Source of the DNA: Diplonema japonicum
Taxonomy: Eukaryota > Protista > Euglenozoa: Diplonemea
Length of the DNA stretch: 64,000 bases
Direction: 5' to 3'
Assembly (NCBI GenBank): GCA_964019335.1
Contig: OZ025748.1
Location: 1-64,000 of the forward strand
Part shown: positions 47,115 to 57,238 of the stretch, in pieces
Numbering within the stretch: the stretch's first letter is position 1
How the letters are laid out: each line of letters begins with the position of its first letter
Translations under genes and position numbers: made by a program
The notes under the pieces: model-generated
What the model saw: the letters and a program-made list of their open reading frames with translations, nothing else
Database searches by the model: none
What the model was told of the DNA's origin: nothing

Positions 47115-48242
47115 ATGCAAGTTCGAACGAGAATTACAAGGCAAATACCCCCATTTTGCTTTATCGAACAACGGGTGCAGAAGGAGCACAGCGGGCGCAC
47201 CTTATCAGACGTCCTTGGGGGACACAACACCGATTATGTAGGTGGGGACATCGACAACGACACGAGGGATGTGACCCTCGCAGGCGCCAAGGAGGTGGGA
47301 AAATGGGGCGGTCTGGAACATATGGAAACCTTCATCATAAGCAAAGGCCCCAACGACAAATACTTCAAATCCAACCCCCCTTGGATCGCGAGGTACGTTG
47401 TTACAAAATTTCGAAATCTCCTCATCAAACTGAAGGACGAGCTCATATGCATCGACATGACTCTAAAACACAACAACAAGCGCACCATCGCCTACAGCGC
47501 TGAGAGGGACGTCTCATCTGCCGAACAAGTAAACTCAAAACAGGACATGTTCAGCGCCAACAAACTAGGTTTTTCAGTCTTCGAATCTTTGAACTTCCGT
47601 TCCGCTGTTCTTGGCGCACCCACAATGCCAAAATGGACTAGGGGAACCTCCACCATCAGCAAGGACATGTATCGACTGATAACCCGTAGAAAGGTCAATG
47701 CTCCGGAAAGAGGCGATCGGCAGTTGATCCTTAGAACACTCCACCAGTTCCCATTTGAGCATTTGAATCCGCACACTCAAGGGGAGATACGGTTTCTCGA
47801 GGCGTTGAGGTACTTTCAGCACGAGTTGAAATGCGATGTGGTTCGAAACTGGGTTGAGGAGGGGACGAATTATGCGGAGCTGCGGGTCCCAGCGTACTCG
47901 GTGGGAACCCTTCGGACACCATTGGGCATGCGGGACCCCACCGTGCCCGAGGCCTTCGATCGTAAGCTTCGCGCACATCTCCGCAACCTAACCCCCGCCG
48001 CCGCCACCATCGAGCACTGGTTCGGGGACTTTGTCAAACCCCATGATCTCACGCTGGGCAGCATCAGAGATGGGGTCGCCAACAACGGGAAGATCTGGGG
48101 CGGGTTGCTCGGGAGGCACAGCAGCGTGCCGAAAAGCGCGCGGCCGTGGACCAAAAAGAGCAAGAGCAAATACTGGGCCAACGAAAAATACGAAGGCCCG
48201 GCCACTTTGAAGAAACACCTCAGCAGCCTCCACAATATCTGA
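47115..48242 (+). CDS. Hypothetical protein (375 aa), possibly organelle-targeted
   Basis: Long ATG ORF with basic, Arg-rich N-terminus; family not recognised with confidence. Confidence 0.7.
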   Translation: MQVRTRITRQIPPFCFIEQRVQKEHSGRTLSDVLGGHNTDYVGGDIDNDTRDVTLAGAKEVGKWGGLEHMETFIISKGPNDKYFKSNPPWIARYVVTKFRNLLIKLKDELICIDMTLKHNNKRTIAYSAERDVSSAEQVNSKQDMFSANKLGFSVFESLNFRSAVLGAPTMPKWTRGTSTISKDMYRLITRRKVNAPERGDRQLILRTLHQFPFEHLNPHTQGEIRFLEALRYFQHELKCDVVRNWVEEGTNYAELRVPAYSVGTLRTPLGMRDPTVPEAFDRKLRAHLRNLTPAAATIEHWFGDFVKPHDLTLGSIRDGVANNGKIWGGLLGRHSSVPKSARPWTKKSKSKYWANEKYEGPATLKKHLSSLHNI

Positions 48243-48326
48243 AAGAAAACAAACAAAAAAAAAAACTTTTGTTTCTCTTACATTTCGTCAAAATAATATA
48301 AGAAAAAAATTTTTTTTCCAAGTCAG

Positions 48327-48366
<40 letters not shown>

Positions 48367-48368
48367 CA

Positions 48369-49710
48369 ATGGTACCGGTGCCCACGTTCCACCCGGACGG
48401 GGGTGAATGCACGCCAGAGGGAAGTGTGAGGCTGAAGCTGTCAGGGATCGACGCCACGCTCAACGCACAAGGCTACAAAGTGTTGTACACAATGGACTTC
48501 AGCGATCCAGATGCCACAGGAAACACGAGCACACTGACATACAGATCACCCATCGGGCTGGGCGACGCAAGGGGAGGGGAAATGTTGATACGGGCAGTCG
48601 TGGTGGGAAAGGACGGCATGCCTGGCCGACAGGTGGCAAGGGCATTCCACGTCAAGGCGAGCGCAGAGCCCACCCCGTCCCAAACCACACAACGCATTCA
48701 CACCTGGCAGGGCTTCAGCAAACCACCTGAGATTACAACCGAAACGTTGGCAGTGGCGCCTAAGGACTTGGTACCTCTCCCACACCCACAAGAAGGTGAG
48801 GTCACATCACTTGACTATCTTTCGGGATTGATGACGAAGGAGGGACCGGACAACATTGCAGCCCCTCCAGGGGATATACCGCAATACGTGTGCGATTCCT
48901 GCGGGCGGTCATGGTCTGCAGAGGAGAGGATGTTGAAACACAAAGAATTTTGCAGAGGACCGTCCCGACCTTCATTATCACGATCACCTTCCCGAAAGGT
49001 CCACTGGGAAGGCAAGGACTCTTCTTCATGCAACTCCGGCGCTTACAATAGGTCGCACGACTCAGGGGGGACGGGTAACTACTCCTTTACTCCCAGTGCC
49101 CTGTCTACATTTTCCGCACGTTCAAGCTCGCAAAACCAACGTTTTTCTCAACCTGCTTCTACCCAATCGTCCATTACCCGGACCAGCAACAGTGGGTGGT
49201 ACGGAAGTAAACCTAATATTAAGTCACCAAGCCGTAAACCATTGGCACAGCCGAAGGGTATGGTACCGTGTCCTTACTGTGCTAAGGAGATGCGACAGGC
49301 TGCTCTGGACACTCATATCAAAAGGTGTCCGGAGGAGCCGTCCAATAAGAAGCAGCTTTTCTACGAAGCGGAGTCGAGGAGGAAGCTTTCTTCATCTAGA
49401 AGGAGCTCCTTCTCGACCAGCCCTGTGAGCGAGCCGGACCTGCCGCCTATGACCCGCCATTCGGCGACGTTTGCCTCCCCCGTCCCTTCTCCCGAAATCG
49501 TTCCCACTTCCCCTGCAGCGAGGATTGAGCTGTCGTCTGAGAGCGGGTCGAATACTTCGTCGCGAAGACCTATCCGGCCTTCCTCTGTGCTGCAGGGAAG
49601 GCGTGATGCGTGGAAGCGAGCAAGAGCGAAGGTATATATATTTTTTGTGGGAAAAAAAAAAAAAAAAAAAAAAAAAAAAACAGCAAGTGAATGCCACAGT
49701 AGAACGATAG
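48369..49710 (+). CDS. Protein with N-terminal Fn3-associated/CHB_HEX_C-like domain, two C2HC zinc fingers and Ser-rich linkers; intron 49632-49683
   Basis: PTFHPDGG...YTMD.SDP...Y..PI.L...IRAVVV; CDSCGRSW...KHKEFC; CPYC...THIKRC. Confidence 0.75.
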
Positions 49711-51845
49711 ACTCTCCCCCCCCATGGTGGGTGTAGAAAAAAAAAACTTTTTTTTAAAAAAAAAAATTCTCATTTTTTTTTTGTGTAGTTATTTCCCCCA
49801 CTGGCCCTTCTCTCTCCCCCCTAGATAGGAATACTCTTTTCCTTCTTCGTTTTTCTCTCGAGTTTTTTATGTGCCCTCCTGTTAGGGGTACATGAGCATT
49901 CTGAATAGGCTGCATACCGACGGTGGGGAATGGGCAGGGGGGGGGGGGGGGGAGGGGGGGAAAGGGGTTATGGGGAAGGTTTCCCAAAGTGTGCCTTTTT
50001 TGTTTTTTCTCCTCTCCTTTGTTCCTCTTCCCACCCCTCCCGGTGGTAAGAACTTCTTCTTCGTTTGTCTACTGGCCCTATTGCGGTTTTACAAGAATTG
50101 TGCGAATAAGAAAAAAAAAAAAAAAAAAGTACAACCAACTGACAACTGAAGAAAGAAAGTAAGAACGAAAAACACAAAAAAAATAAAAATAAAAATATGC
50201 GACCCATATATCCTTTCACCCATGTTGTATTCATGAAAAAAAAGGGGAGGGGGCGGGGGGGGGGGGGGGGGGGGGGGGGGGGCCTTGTAAGTTCCGGTCA
50301 GTCTTCCTTCATATTTATGACGTGTGTTGGGCAATGCACTACAAGGGGAAGGGTTTTTTTTTTTTGGGGGGGAAAAAAACGAGATATTTCTGTTGGTTTC
50401 AGGGAATGGGAGAGGAAGGGGAAACCACAGAGGAGAGACACGTGAAAGGAACGTTGTATATTTGTTTGTGAATTTTTTTTTCTTCCACATTTTGAGGTGG
50501 GTCTTCTTTCTTGAAATAATTCATCACCCCCCCCCCCCCCCCCCCAACAAGAGTCGTGGCGCTATCAAGAAAATATCACTGCTGTACTTTGATCTTCTCT
50601 CCTGATCCGTAGTTGCCAGCTGTCTAGTTATTTATGCTTACAAATGGATCATGGCCGCCACCCGCTCTTTTTCCCTGCCCCCCCCCCCCCCCCAAGCAAC
50701 TTTGCATGTGTGAAATTGCAATTCTATTTTATTATTATTTTTTTTAATGTGCCATACAGGGAAGAATGTCTTTTTTTTTCTCCCCCCCCTTTTTTTTTTT
50801 CTTCTCTCTCTTTGAAGAGAATAAAAAAAAAATAATGTCAAGGAAAAAAAAAAGAGAGAAAAAAAAAAAGAAAAACTAAACACCGACAGCGAAAAATGAA
50901 TACTATAGAAATTGGAGGGGTCGTTTTTTTTTTTTTTTTTTTTTTTTTTTTGCAAAGGGTATTTTGGGCCGTTAAAAAATCCTATGTAATCCCTTTATAA
51001 TTGTTTTAGGGGATTTGCACTTTAAAATGGAGTCTGGCAAGATAATCAGCTTTGTCAAATCCCAAGGTATCAATCTTTCGGCTTCCATCTGGTTTAACGA
51101 TGCACATATCTAAAAAAAATGCGTACGGCTGGGGGGGGGGGGGGGGGGGGGGGGACTGCACACAAAAAAAAGCCCCACCTCCTTCCACCGGTTTCTTTAC
51201 GGAGTTCGAAAGATGAAACAAAAAAAAAAAAAAAAAAAAGCAAAAAAAAAATATATACTGCACCCCCTTAAGTAAAGGTTGACTTTCAAAGTCCCTGTGC
51301 GTGTTTTTATGGTTTCTTTTTTTTTTTTTCTTCCTCAGTTTTTGGAAGAAGGAAAAAAAAAAAAAAAAAAAAAGAGGGGAATAGGAAAAATAAGTACACA
51401 AAAAACCTTAACCGACAACCCCCTCCGGGCATCTTTCATCTTTTAGCCTCCCCTCCCCTCCTCCCCCACTGCCTATACCAAGTCTTTATTATTACGCTCC
51501 ATATTCGCTAAGTGACCCGCCCTATGTCCCAAAGGGGTTATAGGGGGCTATAGGGGAAAAAATGTCAAAAATGCCCAAAGGTTCATTGAATTTTTTTTTT
51601 TCAAAAATCCATATGTCGAACATGAAAGAACGGTGAGTTCCAAGGAAGTTCCAAAAAAGATTTTCCAAAAAAAAAATATTGGGGGCCAACCAAAATGACC
51701 TTGGAAGTCGCCATTTTGGGTTTTGGCCATTTTTGCCAAACTTTTGCAACTGGGCACTTTTCCCTTTGAAAAACATGGTTAACAGGGTTCGATCCCAGAA
51801 GCCAGCATCTTCCTGACCAGTAGTTCCTTCGAAAATATTTTCGAA

Positions 51846-51925
51846 GGCATAGTAGTCTAGTTGGGGGGGGCTTTGCCCTGTACCTAGGCGAAGCGGGTTC
51901 AAACCCCACTCCAGCGGATTTTTTT
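51846..51925 (+). other. tRNA-like Pol III unit (degenerate) inside the TIR element
   Basis: A-box TAGTCTAGTTGG at 51853-51864, B-box GGTTCAAACCC at 51896-51906, T7 run at 51919-51925. Cloverleaf imperfect. Confidence 0.55.
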
Positions 51926-53228
51926 AAGGCTCACCACAGGGGAGAAACGGCAGCCTAAACCGGTATTTCCGCGAAAGCTTTTCGTAAGCTTGTGGGAGTC
52001 TAGTTGAGAAAAGTGCAGTTTTGAGGGAAGGACAACTCTTAACATTGTAAGATTGTTAGTCAGTAAGCATAACAGTCCTGTCCTCTGCACTTCGGCCGTA
52101 ATCACCAAATACAAACGGGTGGAGATGACGAGAAGGTCAAAGAGGGTTCCGTAGGGGAGTTTATAGTTGAAGAGACAGATGCGCGTCTACGCCGTCCACC
52201 ACAGTCCAAATGGCATAGTCATTTGAAAGTGACGTTGCCTTTGGGGCAGAAGTTATTTCTGCTTGGAAGGTACTTATGTGGGAATTACACCGATCACCGG
52301 TCACGTTTGCGTTGGAAGATCCTTGACCCGCGTGCCCTGGTTTGATGACCAGCCTGAACGGAACGGAGACTATGAAACAAGCAGTGACGACGACCGGAGA
52401 ATACTTCCTACTCCTGAGAGCACACGGGCAACTCGAAGGGAAAGACCAAAGCAAGCCCTTCCAGCCAGCAGAGAGCCTCAGACAACGAGGACTCCAGATG
52501 GACAGGATCGCGATAGCGGAGTACAGCCACAAGGAGCTCCACTACCGGGTCCACTAAACAAAAGAGGGCAAGAAGTGAGATCTCAGAGCAGACGGGGTGG
52601 AAGTGCCATATGCAGGCAAAAACAAAGGATGGCACCCCAGCCTCATCTTGTACAAGAAGCACAAGACCGAGGAAGCAGAGGAGGGCCACCCGAGGCACAA
52701 CAGAGGACATGGACAACCTCCCCAACGCAGCAGCAACAACAGTAACAGCAGCAGTAGCAGCAGCAAAGACAGTAGCGACAACAGAAAGTAAAGAAGAAGA
52801 CATCAGTACCTCCCCCCCCTTCCTCCTCCTCCCTTCCTGCTGTTCTACGTCGGGTGGATCAAGCGTCTAGGAGCTGAAGAAGCACGTGAGCGGGAGCCTG
52901 ATGATGAAGCACGGAGAAGACATTATCAAGTAGCTCAGGAATCTGAAGTAGTACGACGGACCGAGACGAGTCAATGGCAATGGAACTCGTACTAGACTTC
53001 GAGAACAGGGAAAGAGGTAGATAAGTAGAGATAAGTAGACAAGGACGTTCCAGAACAGGAACCTCCTTTATCTCATCTCTTATTCTGTGTTTATTTCATC
53101 ACAGTGTTGATGGGCTGAGGCGTGTCGTGAGTGTGTATCGTGGAGGATATCTGGTGTGGAAAGAAGGGAACCTACTCCACCCACTATGCCGGATGCGTGA
53201 GTAAAGATGGGGGGTCAGAGTTTTGAAT

Positions 53229-53317
53229 TCCTGTGTGGTAGAGTGGTTACCGTGCTCACCTGTCAGGCCCCCCTGTTCCAGGAGTCGCGGGTTCGAATCC
53301 CGATGCAGTGGTTTTTT
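53229..53317 (+). other. tRNA-derived (Asp-GUC-like) Pol III unit inside the TIR element
   Basis: A-box TGGTAGAGTGG at 53236-53246, CTGTCAG anticodon-loop-like heptamer, T-arm CGGG-TTCGAAT-CCCG, T6 at 53312-53317. Confidence 0.6.
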
Positions 53318-53626
53318 CATCAGGGTTCGAACCCCACTTGTGCCGTGTTTTTTCCACCGGAGCTGCTTCATTTTGTATAGTACAAAGTAAGGCAAATCAC
53401 CAAAAAAAATTTTATTACAAAAAAAAATTCCATATGTCGAACATTGGGCCCCGGACGCAAATAAATCCATTCCAACCCTAGAAAAAGCAATTAGAAATTT
53501 TTTTAGCTCTTCAAAATGCGGTTTCTGGTGGGTCACTTAGCGAATATGGAGCGTTATTATTATACCTTGGGTGTATTGGTAAAATATCTTTTTTATATTT
53601 TTTTATATAATTATTCTGGTTCTTTT

Positions 53627-53673
<47 letters not shown>

Positions 53674-53821
53674 CCATTCGGCTTTTCCGCAAAAAAAAAA
53701 AAAAAAAAAAAAAAAAATTCTCCACAGTCGAAGGAAGGGACCCTTCTCTCCCGCCCTCCCCCCCCCCCCCCTCCCTCCCCCCCCCTGCCTTTTTTTTAAA
53801 AAAAAAAACTTTCCCCGTCCC

Positions 53822-54492
53822 ATGGGTGACTACGACTGTGCTAAAAAATATGTTAAGATAGCAGACGTCGCACATTCTTGGGACTCAGAAAAGGTGGGTT
53901 CTTGGTTGGGTGTGTGGGGTGCAAAAGTTGTTGAAAGACACCTTTATGGGAAGACTGGGGGTGGGGTTGTAGCCCTTGTACCCTCTGATAGGATTTGCGA
54001 AATGACATCGAAGTTGGGCAGAGAAGTTGTTGTGACAAGCTGGAAAGACAAGGGAAAGAGCAAACGAGACAAGAGCAAAGTTCTTATGGTACAGGTGCCT
54101 GGGCTGACCCGGCAGTTGACAGATAAGGAGGCTGGGGAGATCAGAGACGTTTTATTAAAAAAATTGCAGGAAGTAAAATCGATAACTTTAGAGACGGCCC
54201 CGTGCCTCACTGACGACCGTCCTTCTGTAAAAATTCAAACAGTTTTTGTGGAATTCCCGACGAGAAAAGAGCTAGAGGCCTGCTTGACGCCACCCCTTTT
54301 GGATGCGTACCCCTGGCATTCATACCATCTCTTCACCATTCAGGCAAGCGAACGGGCCCACCTTCATACAAAGCTCAATAACGTACCACACCCAAGGTTT
54401 GCTGACCTTGCTTGCTACATGGCCCCCACCCCTCCTTCCATTCTGCAGGAATGGGGGCCAACGCCGAAAAACACCCAGATAGAAGGTCCGTG

Positions 54493-54493
<1 letters not shown>
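53822..54493 (+). CDS. Hypothetical protein (223 aa)
   Basis: ATG at 53822 in the non-homopolymer part of ORF 53516; coding-like composition. Confidence 0.6.
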
Positions 54494-54523
<30 letters not shown>

Positions 54524-56412
54524 CTCCTCGAGGGGGAAGAGGGGTATGCACCTTACCCTCTCCCTCAACTATTACAAGTGACACCAATACCACCGCAACA
54601 CATTTCAGTTCAAAAAAAAAAAAAAAAAAAAATAGTATTCCACCTTTCTCCTCTCCCCTCTTTTTTCGGATTTAGTTTTTTTTCTTCTCTCTTTTTCTTT
54701 TTTTTTTTTTTTTTTTTTTCTGTTCTCCAAGATTATTCTATTGAAAAAAAAAGAGTGGGTAGAGAGGTAAAAAAAAAATAAAAGAGAGAGAGAACAGGGT
54801 ATTTCTATGAATTTCTTTTTTTTTCTCTTTCCTTCCCTTTTCTCTCTCTCTCTCTCTCTTTTCCTGCGTTTTTTTTTTCTCCCCTGCTCAAACCGAAAGA
54901 ATAGAAGAAAAAAAAAAGAAGAAGAAAAAAAAAAGAGAAATCTGTTCAACCTTTCCTTACTCTTTTCCAGTGCTCGAAGTTTACCTTTATTTTTTTTATT
55001 GAGATAACTTCTTACCCTCCCTCCTTCACTCTTTCTTTCCCTTGGGTTACTTTCCCCTCATAACTTTATTTCGGCTTAAAAAAAATCTTTTCCCCCAGGT
55101 ATCAGCCCCCCTTTTTTTTGTAGTTCTCTCCTTCTTTTTCATATGAACAGAAAAAAAAAGAGAAGAGAAAAAAAAAAGGGAGGGGAAAAAGTAAAAATCT
55201 TTTTTTTTTTTTTTTTTTTTTTTTTGGCACGATCTTTAAGAAAAAAAAAAGGTGGGTTCTTTTTTTTGAAAAAGATTTTTTGAACAACTAAACCCTCCAG
55301 AAAAAAAAAATAGTTTTTTTTTTTTTTCTTTTTTTTTTGTATTTTCTTATGTGTTTTCCGTTCCTCTTAGCCAAGTGCGGTGCCCTGGCACCCAATTTTT
55401 CGTTATATATTTTCTTTTTTTCTTTTTGAACAAATAAACCCCCCCAGAAAAAAATAGTTTTTCTTCTTTTTTGTATTTTATATCCCCCCTTTTTTTTTCC
55501 CCTTTCCAAATACGGAAGAGGAAAAAAAAAAAGAAAAAAAAAGCGAGGGAAAATTCTGGAAAATGGAAGATGGGAGGTGATTGTGACACCTGAAACTCTG
55601 TTTGTTGATAGCGAAACCGGGGAGAAGTTAAAACTGTCATTTCTCTGAAATCATAGTTAAATAAAAAAAAAAAAAAAAAAAGCCCAATTGCTGTACACAC
55701 TAGCACAAGGAACGCTGGGCTGGTCTTAGACCGTTATGTAGGAATAACCAATAACCGCTAGATTGTGACATTGAGCTTTTATTTCCTTTTTTTTCTTTTG
55801 TTGTTGTTGTCATTCCTTTCAGCTAGTCCGGGTTACAGTTTTAGTTAATCCCAGGATAGGGCTCAGCTGAATGGAAATATTTTATTCTCCCCCCCCCTTT
55901 CTCTTTTTTTTTCCCCTGCTCCTTCTTTCCTTATCGCTCTAGAGTGAACCGGGGGCGGTAATGGAAAAAAAAGTTTTTTTTTTTTGCAAGCTCAAAATAA
56001 TATTTCAAAAAAAAAAAAAAAAAAAAGAAGAACAAATAAAAAAATAAAAAACCTCCCTCCTAATTTTTAAAAAAAAAAATAAAAACGAGCAATGAGGCAG
56101 TATGGTCTACAAGTGCATGGATTTATTATTTATTATTTACTAGTTTATTCCCCCCCTCCCTGTCTGTTATCGCTGGTACATGCAGATGTGCCCTGTTGTT
56201 TCTTTTTATGTCCCACCGACAACGAAGCTTGTTTAAGGAAAATTAAAAAGGGGGCGTCAAAAGAAATAACATCTATCCCCCCCCCCCCCCCCCCCCCGCT
56301 TCTTTTAAGTTGCTTGTACGCCAGGCGGTTCATAAGCAACCAAAGTCGTTCTTCTTTTTCTAAATATTGTGTTTCACCGTATTTTAAATATCGGATACCT
56401 TTGGGCTGCCAC

Positions 56413-56453
<41 letters not shown>

Positions 56454-56592
56454 TGCCACACCGACTGTGGTGGTCGTACTGAGCGCCATTTGACTTGTGC
56501 CCACCTTGCCGACTTTTTTTTAAAAAAGAAATCTTGGGAAGGAAGCGTCCAGTGGTTTCTTGTTCTTTAAGTCATTAAGGTCTGACAGGGTT

Positions 56593-56632
<40 letters not shown>

Positions 56633-57238
56633 ACCACTTACCACATTTTCCTTTTTTTTTTCTCTTTTTTTATTCTTTTTTTCTTTTTCTTTTTCTTTTT
56701 CTACCACTATTATTTTCACCACCCAAATAGATAAAAAAAGGGGGAAAAGGGTAGGGGTCGCCATTTGTCCCTCCTCCCCCTGGTGTTCATATGCCTGGAC
56801 AGGCACGAAAGGAAACGAAGAAAGAAATGGCGGAACGCGCGAAAAAAAAAAAAAAAAAAAGACACAAGAAAAGAAGAAGAAAAGATGGCTGGAGTTTAAT
56901 AGCTTGCTCTCTTCACCTCCCAACCTTCCCCCTCCTTTTATTGCAAAAGAGAAAAAAAAAGTGACCCGTATTTCGTAGAAAAGCGGTCTTCATAAGTTTA
57001 AAAAAAAAAAAAGATCATCAAATAAAAAAAAAATTATTTTTATTAAAAAAAAAACCCCCCTCCCCCACCACTAGTACCACTGTTCTGTTAAAGCAGATAA
57101 AAAAAATTGAGGTGTTACAAGAAGAAAAATAATATTACGACCCCCCCCATTCCTTCTTTTTTTTTCCAAAAAAAAAAACGACCCCATCCCAGGATACATA
57201 CACGGGGGGGGGGGGGGTAGGCAAAGAAACAATGCTAT

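Larger units (their letters stand above)
51495..53553. mobile_element. Non-autonomous TIR DNA transposon, 2059 bp
   Basis: Perfect 24-bp TIR CGCTCCATATTCGCTAAGTGACCC (51495-51518 / 53530-53553), flanked on both sides by TTATTATTA (9-bp TSD, or a TTA TSD within a TTA run). Confidence 0.9.

Noticed and set aside
51006-51110. Minus-strand MCIVKPDG peptide resembling the NDP kinase N-terminus
   Set aside because: About 33 codons, on the opposite strand to the cluster, and no downstream NDK motifs.
51846-53317. Functional tRNA genes
   Set aside because: Acceptor and anticodon stems pair poorly and spacing is irregular; reported as tRNA-like units only.
55709-55735. Resemblance to LSU rRNA GGAACGTGAGCTGGGTTTAGACCGT
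   Set aside because: About 22 of 26 positions with a gap and no flanking rRNA homology; plausible by chance.
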